Of a DNA stretch of 64,000 bases, positions 30,894-40,642 are shown piece by piece. Each line of letters opens with the position of its first letter. Positions within the stretch are counted from its first letter, which is position 1. The stretch spans positions 694,359 to 758,358 of the forward strand of contig OZ246400.1 of NCBI GenBank assembly GCA_965230935.1, in the 5' to 3' direction. A model generated the notes under the pieces. The model was not told where the DNA came from. It worked only from the letters and a program-made list of their open reading frames with translations, and made no database searches. Source of the DNA: an uncultured Gammaproteobacteria bacterium (GTDB lineage: Bacteria > Patescibacteriota > Patescibacteriia > Magasanikbacterales > JBBTQS01). The position numbers and the translations under genes were made by a program.

Positions 30894-31373
30894 ATGGCGC
30901 GCCGTATTTTAGGAATTGATCCGGGGTTTGGACGAATGGGATATGGTGTGGTCGAGCAGGTGGGGCGTGATCAGTACCGTGCGTTGACACATGGGTGTGT
31001 GCAAACTGATGCTGGTGCTTCGTTTGGGAAGCGGTTGCTCGAGATTGAACAAGCTTGCACAGAGTTGTTGAGTGAGTTTTCTCCTGAATTGATGGCAATT
31101 GAGCAGTTGTATTTTTCAAAAAATGTTACCACTGGAATGCGGGTTTCTCATGCTCGAGGGATCATTGTGGCCAGCGCTGCGCGCGCTGATGTACCAAGTA
31201 TTGATCTTAATCCCATGCAGATTAAACAAATTATTACTGGTCATGGGACAGCTGATAAGGCGCAGATGCAACGCATGATTCAGATGATGTTGTCTCTTAA
31301 AGAGATCCCCAAGCCTGATGATGCAGCAGATGCGCTGGCCATTGCGCTGTGCGGATTTTTGCATCGTCCATAA
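30894..31373 (+). CDS. ruvC: crossover junction endodeoxyribonuclease RuvC
   Basis: ILGIDPGFGRMGYGV N-terminus with catalytic Asp. C-terminal DAADALAIAL. Start taken at ATG 30894 within the listed ORF. Confidence 0.85.
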   Translation: MARRILGIDPGFGRMGYGVVEQVGRDQYRALTHGCVQTDAGASFGKRLLEIEQACTELLSEFSPELMAIEQLYFSKNVTTGMRVSHARGIIVASAARADVPSIDLNPMQIKQIITGHGTADKAQMQRMIQMMLSLKEIPKPDDAADALAIALCGFLHRP

Positions 31374-31439
31374 TGTAGATTTTTCTCTAAAATCAACAAC
31401 ACCGCCACGTGGTGGGGTGTTGGTGGTTGTGTTGAGTTT

Positions 31440-32087
31440 TCAGTCGCTCTTGCTGGTGTAGTAGAGCTTACCTAGCAGGGCTTTTTGTTGTGCCTCGTCA
31501 AGTCCTCTGAAGAAGCGCATGGCTCCAGGGATCACATCACTCACGTGATGAGCGACCGTATTCTCCGGGAGCTCACCCACCGGCCACCAGCGAGCAGTCT
31601 TGCCTTTTTGGGGATGGCCAGCCAAGGTCACCAGGAATACGTGTGGATGTCCCCAGCCGCGGTCGTCGTCGATGAAGTGATCACTCGCAAGGGTGAAGTC
31701 CGAGATCTCGACCCCAAACTCACTCCGGCTCAGGCGGCTGACTACCGCCCGGTGATCCTCCCTGAATCGGTAGATCGACCCAGGGCAGTGCCACATGCCC
31801 CCGTAATGCGGGTCGTTGTCCGGTCGCAGGGCCATGAAGACCTCAATACGCGTCGCACGAGATCGCCCTCCAGCGTAGTAGCAACGGCGCAACGCCACTG
31901 CCTCGAACGCGCTGTACGGACGTACTCGCAAGAGCGCCTCGAACAACTCGTGCGAATGCTGTGCTGCCGGGTCAACTCGACCGAGCATCTCCATCAGCAA
32001 CGCTTCTTGATCAGCAGGTATGAGTTGCTGAACCAGATGCGCCACCCTGGATAGGCTTTCAACCAAAGCCAAATCCCTCCTTCTTGT
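31440..32087 (-). CDS. hypothetical protein, GC-rich (cassette D). Start uncertain (TTG/ATG near 32050-32093)
   Basis: About 60% GC ORF. Upstream minus-strand promoter TTGACA(32141-46)-17-TATGCT(32118-23) and AAGGAGGG RBS. 3' flank CAACACAACCACCAACACC plus palindrome CCACCACGTGGTGG. Weak Nudix-like PxxGGMWHCPGS segment, but no Nudix box. Confidence 0.5.
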   Translation of the reverse strand, partial: TRRRDLALVESLSRVAHLVQQLIPADQEALLMEMLGRVDPAAQHSHELFEALLRVRPYSAFEAVALRRCYYAGGRSRATRIEVFMALRPDNDPHYGGMWHCPGSIYRFREDHRAVVSRLSRSEFGVEISDFTLASDHFIDDDRGWGHPHVFLVTLAGHPQKGKTARWWPVGELPENTVAHHVSDVIPGAMRFFRGLDEAQQKALLGKLYYTSKSD

Positions 32088-32222
32088 ATTCAACCGGAAC
32101 TGCCGGCACAGGCAAGGAGCATACCATGGCGGTACGCTCCTGTCAATATAAAAGCAAAACCCGAGCCATAGCTGGCACGGGATGCGTTGTGTGTTTGTTT
32201 TGACTTGGAGATGGGCGCGTGG

Positions 32223-32954
32223 TTAAGCTCTTGCCTTAGTGATCGCCGGCATGACCTCGTCCTGCACGAACTGCTCTGGTGTCGGCACTTGGCTCCAGTC
32301 CGGATCCTCACCGATCGTCTCGGCCGTGAAGTTGGCTCGCGCGAGCGGCGTGTCGATCAGGCCAGGCTCCAGTAGTACCAGCTTGACCTTCCCACCATAA
32401 TACGCGATTGAGTGCGTGAGCAGTCCCTTGTGCCATTTACTGACTTGGCGCATGGAGAAGACGTATCCATGCTCGTTTTCCATGCGCGGGTCATCGTCAG
32501 CGAAGTTCGCCGCCTGGGAGCTGACGTTCACTATCACGCCACCACCACCTGTGTTGTACAACGCCAGCGAGAACATGTGACACATCATCACCTTGCTGAT
32601 GAAGTTCACCAGCTCGAGTCGAGCGATCACAGCCTCCTTGCCATCCCCATTGGGATTGTTGTCCCACATGAACATCCCGGCGGCGTTCACCAGAATGTCG
32701 AGACGTTTGGTTCGCGCATGCACTTGCGCGCCCAACCTCTGGATCGAGCACGGGTCAGTGACGTCTGTGATCATGATCGCGCCGTGCTGCTCTCCGCCTA
32801 CCGCCTCCAGCGTCTCTTGGAGTCGCGCCTCGTTGCGCGCCACCAGAAAGACAAAGTACCCGTCTTGGGCAAGCGCCACCGCAATGGCGCGACCGATGCC
32901 GCTTGAGGCGCCGGTGACCAGTGCGTATCGCATGGTTGGTGTTCCCTCACTCAT
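32223..32954 (-). CDS. short-chain dehydrogenase/reductase (SDR) family oxidoreductase, GC-rich (cassette E)
   Basis: TGASSGIGRAIA Rossmann motif, NAAG, downstream Tyr/Lys region. About 62% GC. 3' flank AAACAAACACACAACG plus hairpin plus U-run (32155-32215, minus strand). Confidence 0.8.
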   Translation of the reverse strand: MSEGTPTMRYALVTGASSGIGRAIAVALAQDGYFVFLVARNEARLQETLEAVGGEQHGAIMITDVTDPCSIQRLGAQVHARTKRLDILVNAAGMFMWDNNPNGDGKEAVIARLELVNFISKVMMCHMFSLALYNTGGGGVIVNVSSQAANFADDDPRMENEHGYVFSMRQVSKWHKGLLTHSIAYYGGKVKLVLLEPGLIDTPLARANFTAETIGEDPDWSQVPTPEQFVQDEVMPAITKARA

Positions 32955-33045
32955 ATGGTATTATGGGCGTGTCGAAAAGATTAAGCGATCACTTAACTAT
33001 CCACGCAGTACTTTTAGCCTACCTGGCGTGGTACTGTCTGTCAAT

Positions 33046-33973
33046 AACTAATATGTTAGACCTTGTCATTGTTGGTGGCTCTGCCGCTGGAACTGCAGCG
33101 GCCGTATACTGCGCGCGACGCAAACTTAATTTTAAAGTTGTGGCTAAGGACCTCGGCGGTGAAGTTGCCACCTCTGGTGAGATTGAAAATTACCCTGGAA
33201 TCAGCCATACCACCGGAATAGAACTTTCCAAACAGTTTAATGAACAACTCAAATATCAAAATGTTGATGTTGAAACCGGGGTTATTGTAGAGAAGATCGA
33301 GCAGATCGAAGGCGGATTTCGTGTGACTGGAAAATTAGGTTCAGAAGAAAAGATTTATGAAGCAAAGTCAATCATTGTCGCAACCGGCTCAGAACCGCGC
33401 CATCTTGGGGTTGAAGGAGAAGAAGAATTTGCACACAAGGGAATCACCTATTGTACTGTCTGTGATGGACCGTTGTTTAAAGGTAAGACAACCGTGACTA
33501 TTGGAACTGGAAATTCAGCGTTGGAATCAGCATTGATGATGGGAGAGATTGCCCAAAAGCATTATGTATTGGCAAAATACCCAGAGTTTAAAGGTGAGCA
33601 AGTGTTGATCGACAAGGTAACCGCGCACAAAAATATTGAAGTGATTTATCAAGGGATGACCACCAAGGTTACCGGCGATGGTCTGGTGAGTGCAGTACAC
33701 TACACTGACAAAGATGGTAAAGAGCACAAGTTGGATGTGCAAGGAGTTATGGTGCACATTGGATTGCTCCCACAAAGTGAATTTATTGATTGTGTTGAAA
33801 AAACCAAGCGCGGGAACATCATTGTTGATCGTCTTGGTAAGACGAATTGCCCAGGAATTTTTGCCGCAGGAGATGTCACTGACATTCCATATTTACAAAT
33901 TGGTGTGGCAACAGGAATGGGTATTGCGGCAGCGTTATCGGTGATTACGTATTTGAATACGTTGGCAGAGTAA
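33046..33973 (+). CDS. trxB: thioredoxin-disulfide reductase-like flavoprotein
   Basis: FAD motif LVIVGGSAAGTAAAVY, redox-active CTVCDG, NAD(P) motif. Backbone-like GC. Start at ATG 33046. Confidence 0.8.
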
Positions 33974-33995
33974 AGTAGAGCAAAAAAGAAAGGTA

Positions 33996-34025
33996 AACAC
34001 CTGGTGATGAGCCAGGTGTTTTTTT
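33996..34025 (+). terminator. rho-independent terminator of trxB
   Basis: AACACCTGG/CCAGGTGTT stem plus T7. Confidence 0.6.
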
Positions 34026-34110
34026 ATATTGACAATTGAGAGAAATTGATATAGTGTCGCATCAGACAGGAGTCACTGAACCAATACAGGACGTTATCGA
34101 GGAGGGAATC

Positions 34111-34779
34111 ATGCCACAGGATCTCACGTGGCAGGAGTGGTTGGCAGCGTACCGAGCTAACCATGCAATGGAGGTACGTCGATGTACGTTGGGTGCTCTG
34201 GCACAGGGCATCCCGCAGGACAAATCCCACACGGTGTGGCGCATGCAGCCCAGTGAGGTGTTTGGTCGCGAGGATGGCGCGTTCTTTCATTTGACCGGAG
34301 CGCGCATCAGCTTGCGAGGAGGCGAGCGTGAGGTTGCTGCTTGGTCCCAGCCCATGCTGGTCGAGAGCGGTGAGGGGCGCGTGGTTTTGCTGCGTCGCGG
34401 GATAAGGTATTTGCTGCAGGCCAAGCTCGAGCCAGGCAACCCCGTGTCCGGCAATCGCGTACTGATTGCACCGACGATCCAAGCATCAGAGTCGAATCTC
34501 GCACAGAAGCACGGCGGTCGTCGCCCGCGTCACGCCGAACGACTCGACACTGCGGATGGTCCGCGTTGGTACAAGGCTCCTCAAGATGGTGGTCGGTTTG
34601 ACCAGAAGGTCAACCAGTATGCGGTTATCCCGGCAGGTTCTCGTCCGATTCAGATCGATCCAGATTCAGAGCGCTGGTTCGACGTCAACGAGCTGGCCGA
34701 AGTGATCGTCTCTGGTGAGGCCAACCAGCATCTGCGTGAGGCTTTCGGTTTTATTTGGGCCGCTGAGTACATGGAGTAA
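34111..34779 (+). CDS. hypothetical protein, GC-rich (cassette F). Possibly NDP-hexose 2,3-dehydratase-like single repeat.
   Basis: AGGAGG RBS 6 nt before ATG 34111. Promoter hexamers TTGACA(34029)/TATAGT(34050) with a 15 nt spacer. Segments LLQAKLEPGNP and APTIQASESNL recalled as resembling the hexose-dehydratase family (from memory, not verified). Followed by (CACAA)n 34779-34803. Confidence 0.55.
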   Translation: MPQDLTWQEWLAAYRANHAMEVRRCTLGALAQGIPQDKSHTVWRMQPSEVFGREDGAFFHLTGARISLRGGEREVAAWSQPMLVESGEGRVVLLRRGIRYLLQAKLEPGNPVSGNRVLIAPTIQASESNLAQKHGGRRPRHAERLDTADGPRWYKAPQDGGRFDQKVNQYAVIPAGSRPIQIDPDSERWFDVNELAEVIVSGEANQHLREAFGFIWAAEYME

Positions 34780-34832
34780 CACAACACAACACAACAACAC
34801 GACCCGAGCATAACTGCCGGGCCTTGTTTATA

Positions 34833-34861
34833 TTGACAATTTTTGCGCGAGAGCATATACT
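34833..34861 (+). promoter_or_regulatory. consensus-like promoter TTGACA-17-TATACT for cassette G
   Basis: Shares the 14-mer TTATATTGACAATT with the promoter of cassette F (34024-34037 vs 34828-34841). Confidence 0.5.
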
Positions 34862-34902
34862 GCCGCTTCCAGCTATGATGGCTGTGAGAAGGGAGGAGAT
34901 AA

Positions 34903-35739
34903 ATGGCTGACGAGATAAACTCCGAACAGGAACGGATAAAACAGCAGGCGCTTACGCGCGTACGAAGTACCTCGATTGCGCAGTTGCGCAATACTCCACC
35001 ACTAGTCGTAGCGGTTGTGCTTTTGGAGACTCGGCTCGGTGGGCTGGAGGGGTGGGATATCCCCGAGGAAGTCCGAGAAGACCTGACACAAAAGCGTCGA
35101 GCGCTCGCACAGGCAATGCAGCGCCCGGGCCACCACAGTTATGTGGGGATGTATCTGCCATATCGTGATCCAGAAGGACGCGAGCGATGGGTGCATTTTG
35201 GGACGCAGTACATGCGTGATGTCAAGAAGACACGCTCCGGACTCGCTGCACTGATCAATCATGGCCGTCCGTGTACCGACGCATTGCGAGACTTGTTGGC
35301 TGAGTTTGTAGACTCCTGTCCCAACGAGGAAGGAGACATTTACTTGGTTGACACCCGTCTTCGTGCCATATCCTCAGATCACCTACCGTATCATTGGGAA
35401 TTCGGTTTGCACATCGCGTTACTGGTAGCGCGCGAACAGGCCGGAAGAATTATGTCGCGGTGGGTAAGTCTGAGTAAGCGCTGCCCCCTGATTCCGTTGG
35501 CAGATGCTGCACCGGACATCTGGCTCGTATTTCGTGAACGAGAAGAGGAGGGATTTGTCCAGGAGGCGTTGGCGGGTGAGAATCTCCAGGAGATCGCGGT
35601 TGAGGATGGCGTAGATGAGATACTCGCGCTTCGCCCTCAATGCCGGCACGTCGTGGTCATGGTGGACACTCCGGCGCAGGCCGCGGCAGTAGTCATTGAG
35701 ATCGGGAGACGGGTGCTCAACGCGCGTCTTACTCCATGA
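34903..35739 (+). CDS. hypothetical protein, GC-rich (cassette G)
   Basis: 278 aa. GGGAGGAG RBS. About 62% GC. Followed by CACACAACACAACAACC (35745-35763) and hairpin plus T6 (35766-35798). No recognizable domain. Confidence 0.55.
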   Translation: MADEINSEQERIKQQALTRVRSTSIAQLRNTPPLVVAVVLLETRLGGLEGWDIPEEVREDLTQKRRALAQAMQRPGHHSYVGMYLPYRDPEGRERWVHFGTQYMRDVKKTRSGLAALINHGRPCTDALRDLLAEFVDSCPNEEGDIYLVDTRLRAISSDHLPYHWEFGLHIALLVAREQAGRIMSRWVSLSKRCPLIPLADAAPDIWLVFREREEEGFVQEALAGENLQEIAVEDGVDEILALRPQCRHVVVMVDTPAQAAAVVIEIGRRVLNARLTP

Positions 35740-35840
35740 CTCCGCACACAACACAACAACCAAAATCCGCTCATTCGAGGACTCGATCAGGCGGTTTTTT
35801 GATCTTAAAATTTACTCAAATTATGCTATACTATTAATAT

Positions 35841-36152
35841 ATGACAATCTCAGAACTCTTGTTTGCAACCACGACACCCAGTCTCTCACAAATCATCTTG
35901 GTGGTACTTGGTTTTCTTGGTGCCATCCTCATGGTATATGGGATTTTTTTGGAGAAAGAGCGATTGCAAGATGCTGTATTTGCTCTTGGTTCGTTGATGT
36001 TGGGAGTCTATTCACTCTCAGTTCATAATGCGATTTTTACTATTGTATTTGGGTTATTTTTCCTGGGAAGTGCTTGGGAGTATATTCAAATCGTAACCGG
36101 CAAGCACAAACATATCTGCTACCCCTGTGTGAGCGGTAAGAAAAAATCATAG
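35841..36152 (+). CDS. small membrane protein, hypothetical
   Basis: 103 aa with two or three hydrophobic helices. -10 TATACT upstream. Confidence 0.4.
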   Translation: MTISELLFATTTPSLSQIILVVLGFLGAILMVYGIFLEKERLQDAVFALGSLMLGVYSLSVHNAIFTIVFGLFFLGSAWEYIQIVTGKHKHICYPCVSGKKKS

Positions 36153-36153
36153 T

Positions 36154-37014
36154 ATGCCGATTCACGATAAAAAACTTAAGCAACTTGAAGAGCAAGCTCA
36201 TAAGATCCGTAAGGATCTTATCAGTATGTTGACTGTGGCTGGATCAGGGCATAGTGCTGGTCCACTTGGTATGACTGACGTATTTACGGCACTCTATTTT
36301 CATGTACTTAATCATAAACCTAAACGGCCATGGTGGGAGGATCGTGATCGGGTGATTTTGAGTAATGGTCATATTTGTCCGGTGCAGTATGCCACCCTGG
36401 CACATGCCGGCTATTTTCCTAAAAAAGAATTAAAGACCTTACGACAGCTCGGCACACGATTACAAGGGCATCCACATCGTCGGGGTTTACCGGGAGTCGA
36501 GAATGCAGCAGGTCCGCTTGGTCAGGGGACCTCGGTTGGGGTTGGGGTAGCACTTGCCGGGCAGATGGCAGGTAAACGATACGAAACGTATGTTCTCACT
36601 GGAGATGGAGAACTTAATGAAGGGCAGGTTTGGGAAGCATTTATGTTTGCTGGAAATTATCCATTGCATAATTTAACCGTGATCGTTGATCGCAATAATA
36701 TTCAGATTGACGGCATGACTGAGCAGACACAACCACTGGAGCCGCTGCGTCAGAAATTTGAAGCATTTAATTTTCATGTGATTGATGTTGATGGACATAA
36801 CATTCGCGCAATTGTTGATGCGTGTGACGAAGCAAAGGCGATTTATGAAAAGCCGGTCGCTATTTTGGCACACACGATTCCAGGAAAAGGAGTTGAGTTT
36901 ATGGAGTGGGATCATACGTGGCATGGGAAACCACCTGCAAAAGGTGAAGAGTCACAGCATGCACTTGCTCAGTTGCGCACCTTAGGTGGAAAAATCATGA
37001 GTGAACATGAATAG
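36154..37014 (+). CDS. transketolase, N-terminal (TPP-binding) subunit
   Basis: GHSAGPLGMTD, GHPHRRG..PGVE, GDGELNEGQVWEA motifs of the transketolase N-terminal section. Split-gene form. Confidence 0.85.
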   Translation: MPIHDKKLKQLEEQAHKIRKDLISMLTVAGSGHSAGPLGMTDVFTALYFHVLNHKPKRPWWEDRDRVILSNGHICPVQYATLAHAGYFPKKELKTLRQLGTRLQGHPHRRGLPGVENAAGPLGQGTSVGVGVALAGQMAGKRYETYVLTGDGELNEGQVWEAFMFAGNYPLHNLTVIVDRNNIQIDGMTEQTQPLEPLRQKFEAFNFHVIDVDGHNIRAIVDACDEAKAIYEKPVAILAHTIPGKGVEFMEWDHTWHGKPPAKGEESQHALAQLRTLGGKIMSEHE

Positions 37015-38008
37015 CATGAATAGTATGTTAAACCCCCGCGCACATTTGAAACGAAATATTTTCACTACACCTGAAATGGTCCCAACACGTGATGGGTATG
37101 GCCATGGTGTGGTTGAAGCAGCAGAACTTGATGCCGGTGTCTTGGTGCTGTGTTGTGATCTGACCGAATCAACTCGATCGCATTGGTTTAAAGAACAATT
37201 TCCTGAACGATTTATTGAAGTAGGTATTGCCGAGCAAAATATGGCCGGTATTGCTGCTGGTATGGCACAAGAAGGATATGTGCCATTTATCTCAAGTTAC
37301 GCAGTGTTTTCCCCTGGGCGTAATTGGGATCAGGTGCGTGTTTCGATTTGCTATGCGCAAAATAATGTCAAAATTATTGGAGCACATGCTGGAATCTCGG
37401 TCGGTCCGGATGGAGCAACACACCAAGCACTTGAGGATATTGCGATTACTCGTGTGCTTCCTCATATGACGGTATTGGTTCCGTGTGATGAACAGGAGGC
37501 GCGCAAGGCGGTGTTGGCGGCTGCAGAACATGAAGGCCCGGTGTATATACGTTTGGCGCGAGAAAAGACACCGGTTATGACCACTGAAAAAACACCATTT
37601 GCTATTGGTAAAGCACACGTGTTTGTGAAAGGAAAAGATGTAACGCTTGTTGCATGTGGTCCACTGGTATATGAAGCAGTGCTTGCCGCTAAGATGCTCA
37701 AAGACAAGTATGGAATCAACGCTGAGGTGATTAATACTCCATCAATCAAACCGTTTGATCATAAGACATTGGTGAGTTCGGTAAAAAAGACCGGCTGTGT
37801 AGTCACGGTAGAGGAGCACCAGACTAGTGGTGGATTGTACGGGGTGGTTAGTGAGGTTCTGGCAAGCCGACACCCTGCGCCAGCTATCGCGGTTGGTATG
37901 CCAGATTCGTTTGGTGAATCAGGAGCTCCAGACGAACTGTTAGCTAAATATGGTATGAAGGCAAAGGATATTGTTCGGGCTGCGCGATCAGTTCTTAAGA
38001 ATAAGTAA
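37001..38008 (+). CDS. transketolase, C-terminal (pyrimidine-binding) subunit
   Basis: Pyr-binding and C-terminal domains (AEQNMAGIAAGMA, GAHAGISVGPDGATHQALEDIA). Confidence 0.85.
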   Translation: MNMNSMNSMLNPRAHLKRNIFTTPEMVPTRDGYGHGVVEAAELDAGVLVLCCDLTESTRSHWFKEQFPERFIEVGIAEQNMAGIAAGMAQEGYVPFISSYAVFSPGRNWDQVRVSICYAQNNVKIIGAHAGISVGPDGATHQALEDIAITRVLPHMTVLVPCDEQEARKAVLAAAEHEGPVYIRLAREKTPVMTTEKTPFAIGKAHVFVKGKDVTLVACGPLVYEAVLAAKMLKDKYGINAEVINTPSIKPFDHKTLVSSVKKTGCVVTVEEHQTSGGLYGVVSEVLASRHPAPAIAVGMPDSFGESGAPDELLAKYGMKAKDIVRAARSVLKNK

Positions 38009-38016
38009 CATGTACT

Positions 38017-38988
38017 ATGTTTGATATTATTTCTATTGGTGATGCGACAATTGATACCCTTGTTGGTATTAGTGATGCAAATGTTGCATGTTCGATTGAT
38101 AAAAGTGGTTGCATGTTGCAATTACGATTTGCAGACAAACTCCCGGTTGAAACTATCGCACAAAAAGTGGCTGGCAATGCTGCAAATAATGCGATCGGAT
38201 GCGCACGCATGGGGTATCGTGTCGCCATGCATACCATGTTGGGTGCAGACCCAAGTGGTCATCATATCGAGCGAGAATTAGTGGCTAATGGTGTAAGCTC
38301 AAAGTTTATTGAGAAAAACAAGAAGGACGATAGCAATGCGTCGACCGTGATTAATTTTAAAGGAGAACGAACCATTTTGGTGTATCACGCGCCACGTAAA
38401 TATCGGTTGCCAAAGTTGCCAAAAGCAAAATGGGCGTACTATACCAGCGTTGGCGAGAATCATAAAAAGTATAACGCGCAAGTGATTACCTATGTTAAGA
38501 AGCATGGCGTGAAGTTGGGATACAACCCCGGGACATATCAGTTTTTAGAAGGAAAAGAGCAAGTGAGAAAGGTGTGTGCAGTTGCAGAGGTGTTGTTTGT
38601 TAATGTTGAAGAGGCCGCTCGTATTGTCGGCAAGAAAAAAGACATCAAAGCATACCATCGCGCACTTCATCGGTTGGGAACGAAGATTGTGGTGATCACC
38701 GATGGACGTAATGGTTCGTATGTATTTGATGGAAAGACGCACTATCAGATGGGTATTTATACCCATGCGCCGGTAATCGAGCGTACGGGAGCTGGAGATT
38801 CGTATGCTGTAGGTTTTATCAGTGCACGTATGGATGGAAAGGATATTTCCGAGGCAATGCGTCGGGGGAATGTAAACAGTACCAGTGTTATTTCAAAGAT
38901 CGGTCCTCAAGATGGATTACTGAAAAAAACTCAGCTCAAGCGTTTTGAGCGTAAGTTGGGCGGGCCACTTACGGTAAAGCAAATATAG
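38017..38988 (+). CDS. PfkB family carbohydrate kinase
   Basis: N-terminal GG-like motif region and C-terminal TGAGDSYAVGF anion-hole motif. Confidence 0.8.
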   Translation: MFDIISIGDATIDTLVGISDANVACSIDKSGCMLQLRFADKLPVETIAQKVAGNAANNAIGCARMGYRVAMHTMLGADPSGHHIERELVANGVSSKFIEKNKKDDSNASTVINFKGERTILVYHAPRKYRLPKLPKAKWAYYTSVGENHKKYNAQVITYVKKHGVKLGYNPGTYQFLEGKEQVRKVCAVAEVLFVNVEEAARIVGKKKDIKAYHRALHRLGTKIVVITDGRNGSYVFDGKTHYQMGIYTHAPVIERTGAGDSYAVGFISARMDGKDISEAMRRGNVNSTSVISKIGPQDGLLKKTQLKRFERKLGGPLTVKQI

Positions 38989-38989
38989 T

Positions 38990-39934
38990 ATGGCTAATGT
39001 ATTTACCACACTATTACGTAAGGCGCGTCGCGGAAAATATGCCGTGGGTGCATTCAACATTAATAATCTTGAAATTACCCAAGCGATTATTAATGCCGCA
39101 AATGAAATGCGCTCTCCAGTAATTTTGTCCACCAGTGAGGGTGCAATTAACTACGCTGGTATGGAGTACTTGGCCGCAATGGTGCGTGTGGCAAAAGATC
39201 AATCACAAGTGCCGGTAGTTTTTCATCTTGATCATGGAAAGAATGTTGAATTGGTAAAGGCAGCGATTAGGTCCGGGTGGTATGATTCAGTGATGATCGA
39301 TGCGTCGTCATTGCCATTTAAGAAGAATGTACACGTTACCAGATCAATTGTGAAAATGGCGCACAAGAAAGGTATTGCAGTAGAAGCAGAATTGGGCGCT
39401 ATTCCTGGGAAAGAGGATTTGGTTGATGTGAAGAATAAAGACGCATTCTTTACTGATGTTGATCAGGCAGCAGAGTTTGTGCGCATGACCGGTTGTGATG
39501 CGCTAGCTGTTTCAGTCGGCACTGCACACGGAGCGTTTAAGGCCACTGGTATTGCAGGAAGTCTGGATCTCAAGCGGTTGCGCGCGATCGCTGATACTGT
39601 TGAGGTTCCATTGGTGCTCCATGGCGCAAGCAGAGTATGCAAAAAGTTGTTAAATCGTTTGCATGGCAAATGTAGTGTACTTAAGGATTGCGACTGGATG
39701 CGTGATGCCCATGGGATTGCCACACCACAGAAAAAGCGCGCAATTGCACTTGGTGTGGCAAAGATTAATATTGATACTGATTTGCGTTTGGCGTTTACTG
39801 TTGGTTTGCGTGAGACGCTTCTGAAAGATAATCGTTCTATTGACCCGCGTAAATTGTTAGTAAAATCAAAGACCATGATTACTGATGAAGTAAAAAAGCA
39901 TATTCGTATTCATGGGAGTGAGGGTAAAGCATAA
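38990..39934 (+). CDS. fba: class II fructose-bisphosphate aldolase
   Basis: VGAFN, HLDHG, GTAHGAFK zinc/aldolase class II motifs. Confidence 0.85.
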   Translation: MANVFTTLLRKARRGKYAVGAFNINNLEITQAIINAANEMRSPVILSTSEGAINYAGMEYLAAMVRVAKDQSQVPVVFHLDHGKNVELVKAAIRSGWYDSVMIDASSLPFKKNVHVTRSIVKMAHKKGIAVEAELGAIPGKEDLVDVKNKDAFFTDVDQAAEFVRMTGCDALAVSVGTAHGAFKATGIAGSLDLKRLRAIADTVEVPLVLHGASRVCKKLLNRLHGKCSVLKDCDWMRDAHGIATPQKKRAIALGVAKINIDTDLRLAFTVGLRETLLKDNRSIDPRKLLVKSKTMITDEVKKHIRIHGSEGKA

Positions 39935-39978
39935 ATGGTATGGGTGTACTTGGATAACGAGATTTTACACAAGGAGAG

Positions 39979-40641
39979 TTGCAAAAGATTGCTGCGTCTG
40001 AGCAAGAGCGTCAACAGGAAATGGCCGGAATAACTGCTGTGCAAGAAAAACTAGCCGAACGCGAAGGGAGGGTAAATCGGCTTGATGTTGCCGATTTACG
40101 TTTGATGAGCAGATTTGCCGGCGATTTCGGAGTGAGTAACGGAGAAATAGCCTATCAGTTGTTAGAAAAGGGAGATGTTGAGTTTGTGTTGCAAGACGAC
40201 ACATTATTTTCTGCAGCAGACAAGAAAAAAGTGCTTAAGGCAGTTACTGAGACTGGTATATGGAATCTTGTCGCCCCTCGAATTGATAGTTTACCAATCA
40301 CAGAGCAGAAGAGTCGTATTGCGGAGCAATTGATCGAGTCAGGATATGCTCAAGTGGTACAAGAGAACATGGGGAGATTCTTGACGAACAACAAAGATCA
40401 TAAGAGAATCGTGAAGGCGTTACTTGAAAATGGAGATCAGCAATATGTGGTCGAGAATATTCATCGGTTTCGGAACATCGACGTTAAACAGTTTGTTGGA
40501 CAACTTTTAGAGCAGGGACTTTTGCAATTAGTGGTCGACAACATTAATAAATTGGTTACTGGTTTTGAAAGTGATAAGGCGATTTTAGATATGATCAAGG
40601 CGCACAAACAATCAGGTGTTCGCATAAGGAAAACAGAGTGA
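39979..40641 (+). CDS. hypothetical repeat protein (TTG start)
   Basis: Internal approximately 35-aa repeats (LLExG..QxVV.N...F). AAGGAG RBS. Confidence 0.4.
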   Translation: MQKIAASEQERQQEMAGITAVQEKLAEREGRVNRLDVADLRLMSRFAGDFGVSNGEIAYQLLEKGDVEFVLQDDTLFSAADKKKVLKAVTETGIWNLVAPRIDSLPITEQKSRIAEQLIESGYAQVVQENMGRFLTNNKDHKRIVKALLENGDQQYVVENIHRFRNIDVKQFVGQLLEQGLLQLVVDNINKLVTGFESDKAILDMIKAHKQSGVRIRKTE

Positions 40642-40642
40642 T

